Of a DNA stretch of 64,000 nt, positions 1-9,938 are shown piece after piece. Source of the stretch: an uncultured Pelagibacteraceae bacterium. Lineage in GTDB: Bacteria; Pseudomonadota; Alphaproteobacteria; Pelagibacterales; AG-422-B15. A program made the translations under genes and the position numbers. The DNA is taken from the NCBI GenBank assembly GCA_902614655.1, contig CACMLX010000005.1:2643-66642 (forward strand). The letters are read 5' to 3'. Within the stretch, counting starts at the first letter, position 1. The number at the start of each line of letters is the position of its first letter. The notes under the pieces were generated by a model. The model worked only from the letters and a program-made list of their open reading frames with translations. It was not told the DNA's origin and searched no databases.

Positions 1-633
1 GTATTTGAATTAGTTGAAAATAAACTATCAAAAATACTAGATAATGCAGAACGTATTTTAGAAAGTAAAAGAAGTGAAGTGAAAAATAATTTAGATTTGT
101 TTAAGCAAAACTATAGGTTAAAAGTAGAGCAAGAAATAAATTATTTAAAAGAACAGGCAGAAATTGCTAGATCACTAGGCATAGAAAAAGGCGTACTTAA
201 TAATGTTGTTTCTCAACAAGTAACGCCAGACTCAGTAGAAATTGCAGTAGGCTCTAATGTTCCATATTATTATTTTGGTTATAAGGCAATTGAAAAAGAA
301 ATTGAGGTAAAATCAAACGAGTTAAATAATTATTCAAACATAATTTTGAATGAAGAGTATGCAATTTATACTGATTTAGTCAAAAACCTTAATAATGTTT
401 CAATAACAAACTATCTCCAGGAGAAACTAAGAGAATTAAGTTTGAATTATGGAGAATATAATGAAGAATTTGTTGCCGCAGAATATATAAAAGAGAATAT
501 AGTAATCGAAAAAATTGGTTATGATCAAAAACTGCTTAATGTAATTTATTTTATTTTATCAATTGGACTGTCAATTTTATTCGTATTTATTTCAGATCTT
601 TATATAAGATTTCTCGTCCAAAAAAAAAAATAA
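1..633 (+). CDS. Polysaccharide chain-length determinant (Wzz/PCP)-like protein, C-terminal part; 5' end lies outside the window
   Basis: Frame 1 has no stop from nt 1 into the listed ORF at 79. A coiled-coil-like soluble region is followed by one C-terminal TM helix (LLNVIYFILSIGLSILFVFISDLY) and a basic tail. Neighbours are glycan genes (gmhA, gmd). Confidence 0.4.
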   Translation, partial: VFELVENKLSKILDNAERILESKRSEVKNNLDLFKQNYRLKVEQEINYLKEQAEIARSLGIEKGVLNNVVSQQVTPDSVEIAVGSNVPYYYFGYKAIEKEIEVKSNELNNYSNIILNEEYAIYTDLVKNLNNVSITNYLQEKLRELSLNYGEYNEEFVAAEYIKENIVIEKIGYDQKLLNVIYFILSIGLSILFVFISDLYIRFLVQKKK

Positions 634-636
634 CAG

Positions 637-1119
637 ATGTGGAAAGTAAAAAAATCCCCAATGCATGGTACTGGTATTTTCGCAACTCAAGATATCTCGA
701 AAGGAACTAAAATAATTGAGTATATTGGAGAAAAGATATTAAAATCTGAAGGTGATAAAAGGTCGGAAAGAAGAATTAACAGATATTTAAACTCTAAAAG
801 CACAGGATCAGTTTATATTTTTGAATTAAATAGTAAATTTGATATCGATGGCTCACCACGATACAATAAAGCTAGATATATAAATCACTCATGCAGCCCT
901 AATTGTGAAGTTGATGTTAAAAGGGGAAGAATATGGATAAGTTCAATTAAAAATATTAAAGCTGGTGAAGAGCTTTCATATGATTATGGATACGAGTTTA
1001 ATAAAGATGATTATAAAGACCATAAATGTAAATGTGGTTCTAAGAAATGCATAGGCTATATAATATCATCTGACCAACGATATAAATTAAGAAGACTTCA
1101 AAATAAAAAAAAGAGATGA
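637..1119 (+). CDS. SET-domain protein (putative protein lysine methyltransferase)
   Basis: SET motifs NHSCSPNC and ELSYDYGY plus a Cys-rich post-SET segment CKCGSKKCIGY. The stop overlaps the gmhA start (ATGA at 1116-1119). Confidence 0.85.
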   Translation: MWKVKKSPMHGTGIFATQDISKGTKIIEYIGEKILKSEGDKRSERRINRYLNSKSTGSVYIFELNSKFDIDGSPRYNKARYINHSCSPNCEVDVKRGRIWISSIKNIKAGEELSYDYGYEFNKDDYKDHKCKCGSKKCIGYIISSDQRYKLRRLQNKKKR

Positions 1120-1676
1120 TAGAAGAAACATTAATTGAAATATCTGAAAATTTTAAAAAATTATCAGAAAAAAATATTGGACATATACAAAGTGCAAGTA
1201 AAATTATAATTGAATCTTTGCAACATGGTGGAAAGGTAATGTTCTGCGGAAATGGTGGATCAGCAGCAGATTCTCAACATCTCGCAGCAGAGTTAACGGG
1301 AAGATACAGAAAAAATAGAGCACCTTTAGCAGCTATAGCTTTGACAACAGATACTTCTGCAATCACAGCAATTGCTAACGATTTTTCATTCGAAGAAATA
1401 TTTACAAGGCAAATTTCTGCTATTGGTAAAAAAGGTGATATTTTATATGCAATATCTACAAGCGGAGAAAGTAAGAACATATTAGCTGCAATCAAAATTG
1501 CTCGAGAAATGAATATAAAAGTTATCGGTCTAACAGGAGAAAATAAGTCAAAAATGGACTCGATTTGTGACATTGTAATAAAAGTACCTGCAAATAGGGC
1601 TGATAGAATTCAAGAAATGCATATTGCCGTTGGACAAATAATTTGTCAAATAATTGAGAACTCATTTTTTCCCTAA
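1116..1676 (+). CDS. gmhA: D-sedoheptulose-7-phosphate isomerase (SIS domain)
   Basis: FCGNGGSAADSQHLAAEL, ISTSGESKNI and QEMHIAVGQ are typical GmhA/SIS motifs; 186 aa. Confidence 0.85.
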   Translation: MIEETLIEISENFKKLSEKNIGHIQSASKIIIESLQHGGKVMFCGNGGSAADSQHLAAELTGRYRKNRAPLAAIALTTDTSAITAIANDFSFEEIFTRQISAIGKKGDILYAISTSGESKNILAAIKIAREMNIKVIGLTGENKSKMDSICDIVIKVPANRADRIQEMHIAVGQIICQIIENSFFP

Positions 1677-1683
1677 CTTATCT

Positions 1684-2634
1684 TTACAAATTTTTTAAAT
1701 CTTCTAATTCTATCGATCTAAAATTATGTTTGACTTGATTTAAATCAAGCCATTCAATATATGTTTGACGATTGTGTGACTTTTTCTTTTGTTCTGATGA
1801 ACGAAAATTAATACAATATGAACAATGAACTCCTTTAATGTAATTAATTGATAAAGTATCTTTTTTTGTTAAAGGTCTTCTACAGCCAAAGCATTGTGTG
1901 TAACTGCCTTTTTTTAAATTATTATTAATAGTTACTCTATTATCAAAAACAAAACATTCTCCAACCCATTTTGAGTCAATATGATTTTTCTTGAAATCTT
2001 TTAGGTAGTTTATAATTCCACCCTTTAGTAGAATGACATTTTTAAAACCTTTTGATTTTAAGAAGGCAGAGGCTTTCTCACATCTAATACCGCCTGTACA
2101 ATACATAGCAATTTTGTCAGTTTTTTTAATATTCATCTTTTTAAATTTACTTGGAAATTCCCTGAAATTTTCTGTTTTTGGGTCAATTGAATTTTTAAAT
2201 TTTCCAACACCTATTTCATATTGATTTCTTACATCAATAATTTTTGTATTTTTTTCCGAAAGTATGCGATTCCAATCCTTTGAGCTTGCATATTTATTAT
2301 TTTGCAAATTAAGTTTTTTTAATCCAATTGAAATTATTTCTTTCTTTAGTCTAATCTTCAATCTATTAAATGGCAGAATATTTGTCTCTACAGTATTAAC
2401 ACTTACTTTTCTGATTCGTATGATCTTCTTTATATAATTGAGGGCTTGAAAAATCTCTCTTTCAAAACCAGCCAAAGACCCATTTATTCCTTCATCTGAA
2501 ATTAAAACTGTGCCTTTAATAACCTTACCTTTAAGAAATAAATCTAAATGTTTTTTTAAATTCTTCTTATTTTCAATCTCAACAAATCTATAAAAAGATA
2601 TAATTTTAAATCTATTAGCTAAGTTACTCATCAA
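1684..2634 (-). CDS. trhO: Rhodanese-domain protein of the UPF0176/TrhO (tRNA U34 hydroxylase) family
   Basis: Rhodanese active-site loop YCTGGIRCEKA preceded by an N-terminal UPF0176 region. C-terminal Cys cluster CFGCRRP...HCSYC; 316 aa. Confidence 0.75.
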   Translation of the reverse strand: MMSNLANRFKIISFYRFVEIENKKNLKKHLDLFLKGKVIKGTVLISDEGINGSLAGFEREIFQALNYIKKIIRIRKVSVNTVETNILPFNRLKIRLKKEIISIGLKKLNLQNNKYASSKDWNRILSEKNTKIIDVRNQYEIGVGKFKNSIDPKTENFREFPSKFKKMNIKKTDKIAMYCTGGIRCEKASAFLKSKGFKNVILLKGGIINYLKDFKKNHIDSKWVGECFVFDNRVTINNNLKKGSYTQCFGCRRPLTKKDTLSINYIKGVHCSYCINFRSSEQKKKSHNRQTYIEWLDLNQVKHNFRSIELEDLKNL

Positions 2635-2745
2635 ATTACTTTAATTAATTATTTATTATCTAATAATACTTTAATAGAAGATATTGAAATGATATATTAC
2701 AATTAAATTTACAAATAAATAAATATCTTTCTATTATCTTAATTT

Positions 2746-3768
2746 ATGAAAAAAAAGACTGCCTTTATTACAGGTATATCTGGTCAAGATGGAGCATATC
2801 TAGCTAAATTTCTAGTTGAGAAAAACTATGTGGTTACAGGAGGAGATAAAGATATACAAAAGAAAAATCTCTGGAGATTAAAAAAATTAGACCTCATTGA
2901 TGATATTAAAATCATTCCTTTTGATCTTACAAAAGAAAATAAGATAAATAAAATTATTAAATTAGGTAAGTTTAATGAAATCTATAATTTAGCAGCTCAG
3001 TCCCTTGTTAAGAAATCATTCAAAATTCCCATTGAAACGTCAAATGTTAACACTCTTGGCGTGATAAGATTGTTAGAGGCTATTAAAAATAGTTCAAAAA
3101 AAACTAAATTTTATCAAGCGTCTTCATCAGAAATGTATGGCAATGTAAATTCACAAAGACGAAACGAAAAGACAAATTTCAATCCCATTAGCCCTTATGC
3201 CGTTTCAAAACTTCATGCACATCTTATGATAAATGTATATAGAAGCGTGTATAACCTTTTTTGTTGTTCTGGAATCCTTTTCAATCACGACTCCCCGCTA
3301 AGAGGTGATGAATTTGTAACGAAAAAAATTGTGTCAGATTTGATCAGGGTAAAATATAAAGAACTTTCCTGTTTAACCCTAGGAAATATATACGTAAAGA
3401 GAGACTGGGGGTATGCTTTAGATTATGTTGAGGCAATGTGGCTTATGCTTCAGCAAAAATTTCCTGATGATTACGTAATTTCATCTGGAGCGACATACAA
3501 TGTAAAATCATTTGTTCAAAAAACTGCAAAATATTTAGGTATTGATTTGACATGGAAGGGAACTGGAATAAACGAAAGAGGGATAGATAAAAAAAGTAAT
3601 AAAATAATTGTAAAAATCGATCAAAAGTTTTTTAGACCAAATGAAATCAAATTTTCGTATGGCAATTCAAATAAAGCAAAAAAAATATTAAATTGGTCAC
3701 CTACTACTAATTTAGATGATCTAGTAAGTATAATGTGTGAGTCTGAATTAATAAAATATAAAAAATAA
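2746..3768 (+). CDS. gmd: GDP-mannose 4,6-dehydratase
   Basis: Rossmann start FITGISGQDGAYLAKFL, catalytic SSSEMYG / YAVSKL, NHDSPLRG; 340 aa. Confidence 0.85.
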   Translation: MKKKTAFITGISGQDGAYLAKFLVEKNYVVTGGDKDIQKKNLWRLKKLDLIDDIKIIPFDLTKENKINKIIKLGKFNEIYNLAAQSLVKKSFKIPIETSNVNTLGVIRLLEAIKNSSKKTKFYQASSSEMYGNVNSQRRNEKTNFNPISPYAVSKLHAHLMINVYRSVYNLFCCSGILFNHDSPLRGDEFVTKKIVSDLIRVKYKELSCLTLGNIYVKRDWGYALDYVEAMWLMLQQKFPDDYVISSGATYNVKSFVQKTAKYLGIDLTWKGTGINERGIDKKSNKIIVKIDQKFFRPNEIKFSYGNSNKAKKILNWSPTTNLDDLVSIMCESELIKYKK

Positions 3769-3792
3769 ATATTGCTAGCCTAAAAAATATAA

Positions 3793-4626
3793 TTATGTAT
3801 GTCTTAAATTATACGTAATTTCTTTTAGTTTTTTTGTAAGTTCTAATCTGTCTTTTAAGTGTGAAACATCATTGTAATTCAATAACTCTCCCGAATATAT
3901 AACTATTTCTTTACCAATTTTTTTTCTTGTCTCGTGAATATATGATGAATATTTTAAAGTTTGATTTTTTAACTTTGATGCAAACAAATGAAACATAAAT
4001 CCATTTTTACCATCAAAATATATTGGTAAAATGTTAGTTTTTGTTTGATGAATTAATTTTGCAGGAAATAGTTTCCAATCATCATCTCTTGCATCTGATT
4101 TTAAACTTCGTGCAGTTGATACACTTCCTGAAGGAAATATTATTAATGATCCTTGCTTTAATAAATGGTTTCTGGCCTTAATTGCAGTTTCCAAATTTAA
4201 TTTTTTTGATGCTGACGTATTTTCACTAAAATCTACAGGCAATATGAAGTCATCTAATTCTGGTAAAAATCTTAAAGTTTCATGTGTCATAATTTTAAAA
4301 TCTTTTCTCTTTTTTGATAAAAGAGAGCACAAAATAAGTCCATCGATGATTCCAAAAGGGTGATTTGCAATAACTAACAAAGAGCCACTATTTGGTATGT
4401 CAAGAGGTTTTTTTGACTTATCGTTTATTTTAATTTTCATAAGATTTAAAACATCACTCCAAAAATTTATTGGATCCTTAGAATCAATGGAATATCCCTT
4501 ATATATCTTTTCTAACTTTTTCTTTCCTGTAAGGTTTTCTATTGTTTTAATAAGAATTCTTTGTGCAAAGTTATGCTCAACTTTAGATGCATATGAAAAG
4601 TTAATTTTGTTCATTTTAATATTCAA
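3793..4626 (-). CDS. Lysophospholipid/PlsC-family acyltransferase
   Basis: Acyltransferase histidine box VIANHPFGIIDG and a downstream IIFPSGSVS motif; 277 aa. Substrate unknown. Confidence 0.55.
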   Translation of the reverse strand: MNIKMNKINFSYASKVEHNFAQRILIKTIENLTGKKKLEKIYKGYSIDSKDPINFWSDVLNLMKIKINDKSKKPLDIPNSGSLLVIANHPFGIIDGLILCSLLSKKRKDFKIMTHETLRFLPELDDFILPVDFSENTSASKKLNLETAIKARNHLLKQGSLIIFPSGSVSTARSLKSDARDDDWKLFPAKLIHQTKTNILPIYFDGKNGFMFHLFASKLKNQTLKYSSYIHETRKKIGKEIVIYSGELLNYNDVSHLKDRLELTKKLKEITYNLRHT

Positions 4627-5236
4627 CTGGTATCGGGTCTAGGCTTCTCCAAAAATACCATGTGGCAACTGACCTGTATGGCTTCCAATTTTCAGACATT
4701 TTTAAAGCAACCTCTTTTTTTATTGGATAATTTAAATTATAACATTTACATATACCCCTCAATAAACCAATATCATCTACTGGAAATATATCTGGTCTAC
4801 AAAGATTAAAAATTAAATACATTTCTGCAGTCCATCTACCAATTCCTTTAATCAAAACTAATTCGTTAATTATGTCTTCATCACTATATTTTTTCCATTT
4901 ATCCGGATTTATTTTATTTTGCATGAACGCTGAGGATAGAGATTTTAGATATTTTATTTTTTGCCTAGAAAGCCCACACGATTTAAGACTCATAAAATGC
5001 ATTTTTGAAATGTAGTTGGGTTCAATTCTCTTTACCTTATTTTCAAGCCTGTCCCATACAGCTTGAGCAGCTTTGACAGAAATTTGCTGCCCAACAATAG
5101 ACCTAGCTAAAGTATAAAAAGGATCAGATTTAGAGAAAAGAAAATCTTTAGGATAATTACTTATAATTTCTCCTAACTTCTTATCTTTACTTATTAGAAC
5201 TTTTTTTGCTTTTTCCCAAAAAAACGGTTTTTTCAT
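4616..5236 (-). CDS. DNA-3-methyladenine glycosylase II-like (HhH-GPD superfamily)
   Basis: Helix-hairpin-helix LIKGIGRWTAEMYLIF followed by PVDDIGLLRG (catalytic Asp region); 206 aa. Confidence 0.75.
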   Translation of the reverse strand: MKKPFFWEKAKKVLISKDKKLGEIISNYPKDFLFSKSDPFYTLARSIVGQQISVKAAQAVWDRLENKVKRIEPNYISKMHFMSLKSCGLSRQKIKYLKSLSSAFMQNKINPDKWKKYSDEDIINELVLIKGIGRWTAEMYLIFNLCRPDIFPVDDIGLLRGICKCYNLNYPIKKEVALKMSENWKPYRSVATWYFWRSLDPIPVEY

Positions 5237-5318
5237 ATTTATACAATGAATTTAATATTGACATATATAATGTAAATTGTTTTATTTGCCATTCTAAATA
5301 ATAAATGGAGATAAAATT

Positions 5319-5633
5319 ATGGCTGACGTTGCAAGTTTATTGGCTGAGTTTCAAAAAGGTATCGAAGGAAAAGACACTGGTCTTGGGGCAACAGTTAAAT
5401 TTGACTTTGAGGGTGCTGGTTGCATTTTTCTTGATGGCAAATCTAACCCTAATACTGTTTCTGATGAGGATAAAGATGCCGATTGCACTTTATCTATGTC
5501 TCTTGAAACATTTGAGCAAATGAGATCAGGTGAGGTTGATGGAACTTCAGCATTTATGCAAGGTAAATTGAAAGTATCTGGTGATATGTCAATTGCAATG
5601 AAGTTGCAATCTGTAATGGACGCACTTGCTTAA
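5319..5633 (+). CDS. SCP2 sterol-carrier-like domain protein
   Basis: 104 aa with the SCP2-type C-terminal pattern AFMQGKLKVSGDMSIAMKL. The overlapping 5305 ORF in another frame looks spurious. Confidence 0.7.
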   Translation: MADVASLLAEFQKGIEGKDTGLGATVKFDFEGAGCIFLDGKSNPNTVSDEDKDADCTLSMSLETFEQMRSGEVDGTSAFMQGKLKVSGDMSIAMKLQSVMDALA

Positions 5634-5650
5634 ATCTTAAATTATTAAAA

Positions 5651-6469
5651 TTAACCCATCTTTGACAAATTCTTAGATGGGTTTTTTTTATTTAAAATTA
5701 TCCTGCATTTATTAAAAATCTTATTGTTTGAGCAAGCAATTATTCTTCCGCCATTTAATATTTTTTTATTATCCCAAGTTTTTAATATTCCGCCTGCGTT
5801 AGTGATTATTGGTTCTAAAGCTCTTATATCCCATGGATTTAGTCCACTTTCCACCACTATATCCACATGTCCATCTGCGAGTAAACAATAACTGTAGCAA
5901 TCTCCTCCAAGCCTAGTTAATTTGACTCTTTTACTTAGTCTCTCAAATGATGATTGATCATTTTTATTTGCAAATAAATATGGAGAAGTTGTATTTAATA
6001 TTGACTCAGAAATTTCTTTATTGTTTTTAACCTTCAAATTAGTTTTTTTACCGTTAATAATTTTGTATGATTTTTTTTCATATCCAATGTATCTCTCATC
6101 TAACGCAGGAATATCCGCAAGACCCAAAATAATATTGCCATTTTCCGATAGCGAAATTAATGTACCCCAAAGCGGCATACCTTGTATAAACGACTTTGTT
6201 CCGTCAATTGGATCAATACACCATTCATAAGTACTATTTTTAGAATGGGTTTCTTCCTCTCCAATAATTGAATGATTTGGAAAATATTTTAGAATTAAAC
6301 GATTTAATTTTTTTTGAATTTTGATGTCTGCTACTGTTACCGGATCAAAACCAGATTTTTCTTTATTTTTAAATTTCATTTTTTTTTTAAAATATTTAAG
6401 AGAAATTAGACGAGCTTCGTCTGCTAACACATTTGAGAAATTTAAAAATGTTTTTATATCTTTTTTCAT
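5651..6469 (-). CDS. Inositol monophosphatase-family phosphatase (possibly HisN-type histidinol-phosphatase)
   Basis: IMPase metal-binding motifs IIGEEE, WCIDPIDGTKSF and WDIRALEPI; 272 aa. A second paralogue (suhB-like) lies at 17625-18413. Confidence 0.6.
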   Translation of the reverse strand: MKKDIKTFLNFSNVLADEARLISLKYFKKKMKFKNKEKSGFDPVTVADIKIQKKLNRLILKYFPNHSIIGEEETHSKNSTYEWCIDPIDGTKSFIQGMPLWGTLISLSENGNIILGLADIPALDERYIGYEKKSYKIINGKKTNLKVKNNKEISESILNTTSPYLFANKNDQSSFERLSKRVKLTRLGGDCYSYCLLADGHVDIVVESGLNPWDIRALEPIITNAGGILKTWDNKKILNGGRIIACSNNKIFNKCRIILNKKNPSKNLSKMG

Positions 6470-6510
6470 ACTATATATAGAAATTATATATTGAATGGTT
6501 AGGTAACCTT

Positions 6511-7803
6511 TTGTACCATAGAAATGTGACTATAAAAAATACCCTTTTATTCATTTTTCTCCTTTTGCCATCATTTTTATTAGCAAATAGTGAAATTAAT
6601 GACATTTATATTGGTGACAGAGAGCCAATAACCACTCCAATTCCTGAACATAATCCTGACTCAAACTCTTATCCAAACCCTTTCAATGATGACCAAATAA
6701 TCTTAACTGTAGATAAAGATAATTATATAAATTTTGTCGAAAATATTCTTACGCCAGGCCAAATTGAAATGTTTGAAACATATCCTGAAACTTTTAAGAT
6801 GCATGTGTATCCCTCGAGAAGGAGTTGTGCAGTGCCTCCTGAGGTTTTAAAATTAACGAAAGAAAATGCAAAACTTACCGATGAAGGTGAGGGATTAGAG
6901 GGTGTTGTAGGAAGCATTCCTTTTCCAAACCCAAGTGAAGCACTCCACCATGTATGGAATCATATTTTAAGATATAGAGGAGTAAACATATATGGCGCTT
7001 CTCCTTTTTATATAGTAAATCCAGATAGTTCTAGAACATTTGGCGCTGGCGAAGCCATTGCAATCAACTATTGGAATCCTTTTGTTGAAAACGATAAAGG
7101 CCTGCAAGGTATGCTAATGTCAAAAGTAACTCATCCACCAAGACTAGCAGATGCATCTTTACTTGTAATTGAATCTTTAAATGCCTTTAAAACTCCTCGT
7201 CGGGCTTGGGTATATAATCCTGGAACGAGGAGAGTAAGAAGAGCGCCTGATATAGCATATGATTATAAGCCGTCAGCAAATCAGGGTTTAACAACGACAG
7301 ACCAGTTTGATGGCTTTAATGGTGCAAAAGATAGATACAATTGGTCGTTTGTTGGAACAACAAAAAAATTGATGCCGTACAATGCATACGAATTTCACGA
7401 GACAAATATAGAAGAAACACTAAATCCATATCACGTAAATCAAGATTTTTTAAGATATGAATTAGTAAATGTTAATATTGTTCAAGCAGATCTCAAATCG
7501 GATAAGAGGCACATTATTCCTCATAGAACTATGTATTTTGATTTAGATAGCCATAATATGCTTGTAGAAGAAACATATGATGATGAAAATCAAATAATGG
7601 CGTATAGAGAGTTTCCAATAATAAATTTTTATGATCAACCCATGTGTTTATCAATCCATAGTGCCACTTATGACTTTGCTACAAAACGTTATCAATTAAC
7701 CAATGTCAGATCAAAGGATATACCTAAAATTCAATGGAGGCTTAGTGAACCTCATGATGAAAAAATGTTTACGCCTGAAGGATTAAAAAGATTTGCCAGA
7801 TAG
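6511..7803 (+). CDS. DUF1329-family periplasmic/outer-membrane-associated protein
   Basis: N-terminal signal peptide (LLFIFLLLPSFLLANS) and the DUF1329-like core WVYNPGTRRVRRAPDIAYD...DQFDGFNG...YNW. The start is TTG 6511 or in-frame GTG 6526. Confidence 0.65.
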   Translation: MYHRNVTIKNTLLFIFLLLPSFLLANSEINDIYIGDREPITTPIPEHNPDSNSYPNPFNDDQIILTVDKDNYINFVENILTPGQIEMFETYPETFKMHVYPSRRSCAVPPEVLKLTKENAKLTDEGEGLEGVVGSIPFPNPSEALHHVWNHILRYRGVNIYGASPFYIVNPDSSRTFGAGEAIAINYWNPFVENDKGLQGMLMSKVTHPPRLADASLLVIESLNAFKTPRRAWVYNPGTRRVRRAPDIAYDYKPSANQGLTTTDQFDGFNGAKDRYNWSFVGTTKKLMPYNAYEFHETNIEETLNPYHVNQDFLRYELVNVNIVQADLKSDKRHIIPHRTMYFDLDSHNMLVEETYDDENQIMAYREFPIINFYDQPMCLSIHSATYDFATKRYQLTNVRSKDIPKIQWRLSEPHDEKMFTPEGLKRFAR

Positions 7804-7845
7804 CAATTAAAAAATTATATATCATTGAAATATAATACGATTTTT

Positions 7846-7920
7846 GGGCACGCAGCTCAGTGGTAGAGCATCACGTTGACATCGTGGGGGTTGTTGGTTC
7901 GATCCCAACCGTGCCCACCA
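7846..7920 (+). tRNA. tRNA-Val (anticodon GAC)
   Basis: Hand-folded cloverleaf: acceptor GGGCACG/CGTGCCC, D arm GCTC/GAGC, anticodon stem TCACG/CGTGG with loop TTGACAT, T arm GTTGG-TTCGATC-CCAAC, encoded CCA. Confidence 0.95.
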
Positions 7921-7977
7921 TAAATCTCAATTAAATGTTGTTTTTTATTACTTAATTAGATAAAAGATCGCAATATT

Positions 7978-8112
7978 ATGAAAAAGCCAAATAAAATAAG
8001 AGAAGCGAGACTTAATAAGATGAGATCTAGAAAAAATAATATTCGTAAAGAAAAAGTTAGACTTAAAAAAATTGAAGAAGCAAACGCACCACAACCAGAG
8101 CCTCAACAATGA
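7978..8112 (+). CDS. Hypothetical 44-aa highly basic protein translationally coupled to rpmJ
   Basis: Not in the ORF track (too short). ATG at 7978; product [44 protein letters not shown]. Its TGA overlaps the rpmJ ATG (ATGA, 8109-8112). Confidence 0.35.
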   Translation: MKKPNKIREARLNKMRSRKNNIRKEKVRLKKIEEANAPQPEPQQ

Positions 8113-8234
8113 AAGTAAGAAGTTCCTTAAAAAATCTAAAGACAAGAGACCGAAATAATAAGCTTATAAAAAGAAAAGGTCGCCTATACGTTATTAATAA
8201 AAGAAATCCACGAATGAAAGCTCGTCAAGGCTAA
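8109..8234 (+). CDS. rpmJ: 50S ribosomal protein L36
   Basis: Not in the ORF track (41 aa). Product [41 protein letters not shown] matches the non-zinc alphaproteobacterial L36 pattern (MKVR.SLK...R...YVINK..P..KARQG). Confidence 0.9.
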   Translation: MKVRSSLKNLKTRDRNNKLIKRKGRLYVINKRNPRMKARQG

Positions 8235-8240
8235 TAATAT

Positions 8241-8939
8241 TTGTCGTCAAAAAAAAATAAAAAAATTCTTTTTATTGCAGATCATGCATCAAATTACATA
8301 CCTAATTCATTAAAAAATTTAGGCCTAAAAAAAAATCAAATAAATTCACATATTGCGTATGATGTAGGTGTAAAGGAATTGTGCATTAATCTGTCTAATC
8401 TTCTTAACTCTAATTATATTATAGGTGAATACTCAAGACTCATTATTGATTTAAATAGAGATATTTCAGATCCAACATTAATTCCAGAAATTGTTGATAG
8501 AAAAATAATAACAAAAAATTTGTATCTAACTAATTATGATAAGAAAAAAAGAATTTCAGAGATCTACAATAAATATCATTACAAAATTAAAACAGCTATA
8601 AAACATAATAATATAATGACATTAATTTCTCTTCATTCATTTAATCCAATATTCAAAAAGCGAAAACGAAATATTCATTTTGGCATTCTATCAAATCAAG
8701 ATAGAAGATTTAGTGATTGTATAATTACAGAAATGAAAAGAAGAAAATTAAAAGTCGGTGACAATGAGCCGTATGAGGGAAATTTAATTGGTGATACGAT
8801 GCATAAACACGGTCTTAAAAATAATTTACATCATACTTTAATTGAGGTTAGAAACGATTTACTTTCTTCCTCAACTAAGATACACAGAGTATCGGTATTA
8901 TTAAAGCAAGTAATTAATAATTCAATTAATAGGATTTAA
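8241..8939 (+). CDS. N-formylglutamate amidohydrolase-family protein
   Basis: FGase-family pattern FIADHASNYIP ... EYSRLIIDLNR ... SLHSF ... LIEVRNDL; 232 aa; TTG start. Confidence 0.65.
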   Translation: MSSKKNKKILFIADHASNYIPNSLKNLGLKKNQINSHIAYDVGVKELCINLSNLLNSNYIIGEYSRLIIDLNRDISDPTLIPEIVDRKIITKNLYLTNYDKKKRISEIYNKYHYKIKTAIKHNNIMTLISLHSFNPIFKKRKRNIHFGILSNQDRRFSDCIITEMKRRKLKVGDNEPYEGNLIGDTMHKHGLKNNLHHTLIEVRNDLLSSSTKIHRVSVLLKQVINNSINRI

Positions 8940-8946
8940 AGACAAA

Positions 8947-9849
8947 ATGAGTAATGTAGCTCCAAAGTGGTTTGAAAAAGCAATAGCTAATAAGCCTGAT
9001 GTACTGTACGTGAAAATAAAAGGGACAAAAATTTCCTATAATGCCTGGGGCGACAAATCAAAACCGGGCTTAATTTTTATTCATGGTGGTATGGCACATG
9101 CAGAGTGGTGGAGTTTTATTGCTCCTTACTTCGCAAAAACACATAGAGTTATAGCTATGAATCTAGGTGGAATGGGTGATAGTGAATGGAAGAAAAAATA
9201 TTCAGTTGAGTCTTGGGGAGCAGAAATAGTTGGTGTATGTAAAAAAGAAAAATTAAAAAAACCTATTTTTATAGGACATAGCCTTGGAGGTATGTGTGGT
9301 GTGTATGCTGCTTCTTTAATGAAAAAAAAATTGTATGGTTTAGTTATTGTAGACACAGCTATTATGCCTCCTACTGATAATCCTCCTAAATTCGATTTAA
9401 AAGTCAGAGCTAATAACGTTTACAAAAAAATGTCAGATATTATTGAACGTTTTAGATTAGTTCCATCCCAGAGTGACGCTCTTGAATATGCGATGAATTT
9501 CATAGCAGAAAAATCTATTAAAAAAGTCAGAGGTGGATGGACATGGAAATTTGATCCAAGTTATATGAATATTTTTACAAGCGAAAATTTTGCGGAAAGG
9601 CAAGCAGTTTTGAGAAAAACACTGAAGGGCCTTAAATGTAGAGTTGCGGTATTTAGGGGTGAGAAATCATCTATCTTTCCAGGATTTAGTGCAAAATATA
9701 TGAATGAATTGATGGATAAGAAATCACCGATAATCAACATACCAGAAGCTCATCACCATATTATGGTAGATCAACCTTTAGCGCTCGTTTCAGCTTTAAG
9801 ATCATTAATTATTGATTGGGATCATTCAAAACCATCTAAAGCACTGTAA
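8947..9849 (+). CDS. Alpha/beta-fold hydrolase
   Basis: Oxyanion region IFIHGG, nucleophile elbow GHSLGG and a C-terminal catalytic His region PEAHHHIM; 300 aa. Confidence 0.7.
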   Translation: MSNVAPKWFEKAIANKPDVLYVKIKGTKISYNAWGDKSKPGLIFIHGGMAHAEWWSFIAPYFAKTHRVIAMNLGGMGDSEWKKKYSVESWGAEIVGVCKKEKLKKPIFIGHSLGGMCGVYAASLMKKKLYGLVIVDTAIMPPTDNPPKFDLKVRANNVYKKMSDIIERFRLVPSQSDALEYAMNFIAEKSIKKVRGGWTWKFDPSYMNIFTSENFAERQAVLRKTLKGLKCRVAVFRGEKSSIFPGFSAKYMNELMDKKSPIINIPEAHHHIMVDQPLALVSALRSLIIDWDHSKPSKAL

Positions 9850-9938
9850 ATTATATATAAATCAATCATTTCTAATTCAACATAAACTAAAAAAAACACT
9901 GTTAAATTCGATATTTAGAAATATATTAACTGCTTATC

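Noticed and set aside
620-630. A11 homopolymer at the 3' end of the Wzz-like gene
   Set aside because: It encodes the terminal KKK immediately before the stop. Slippage would change only the last few residues, so it is not a convincing phase-variation switch.
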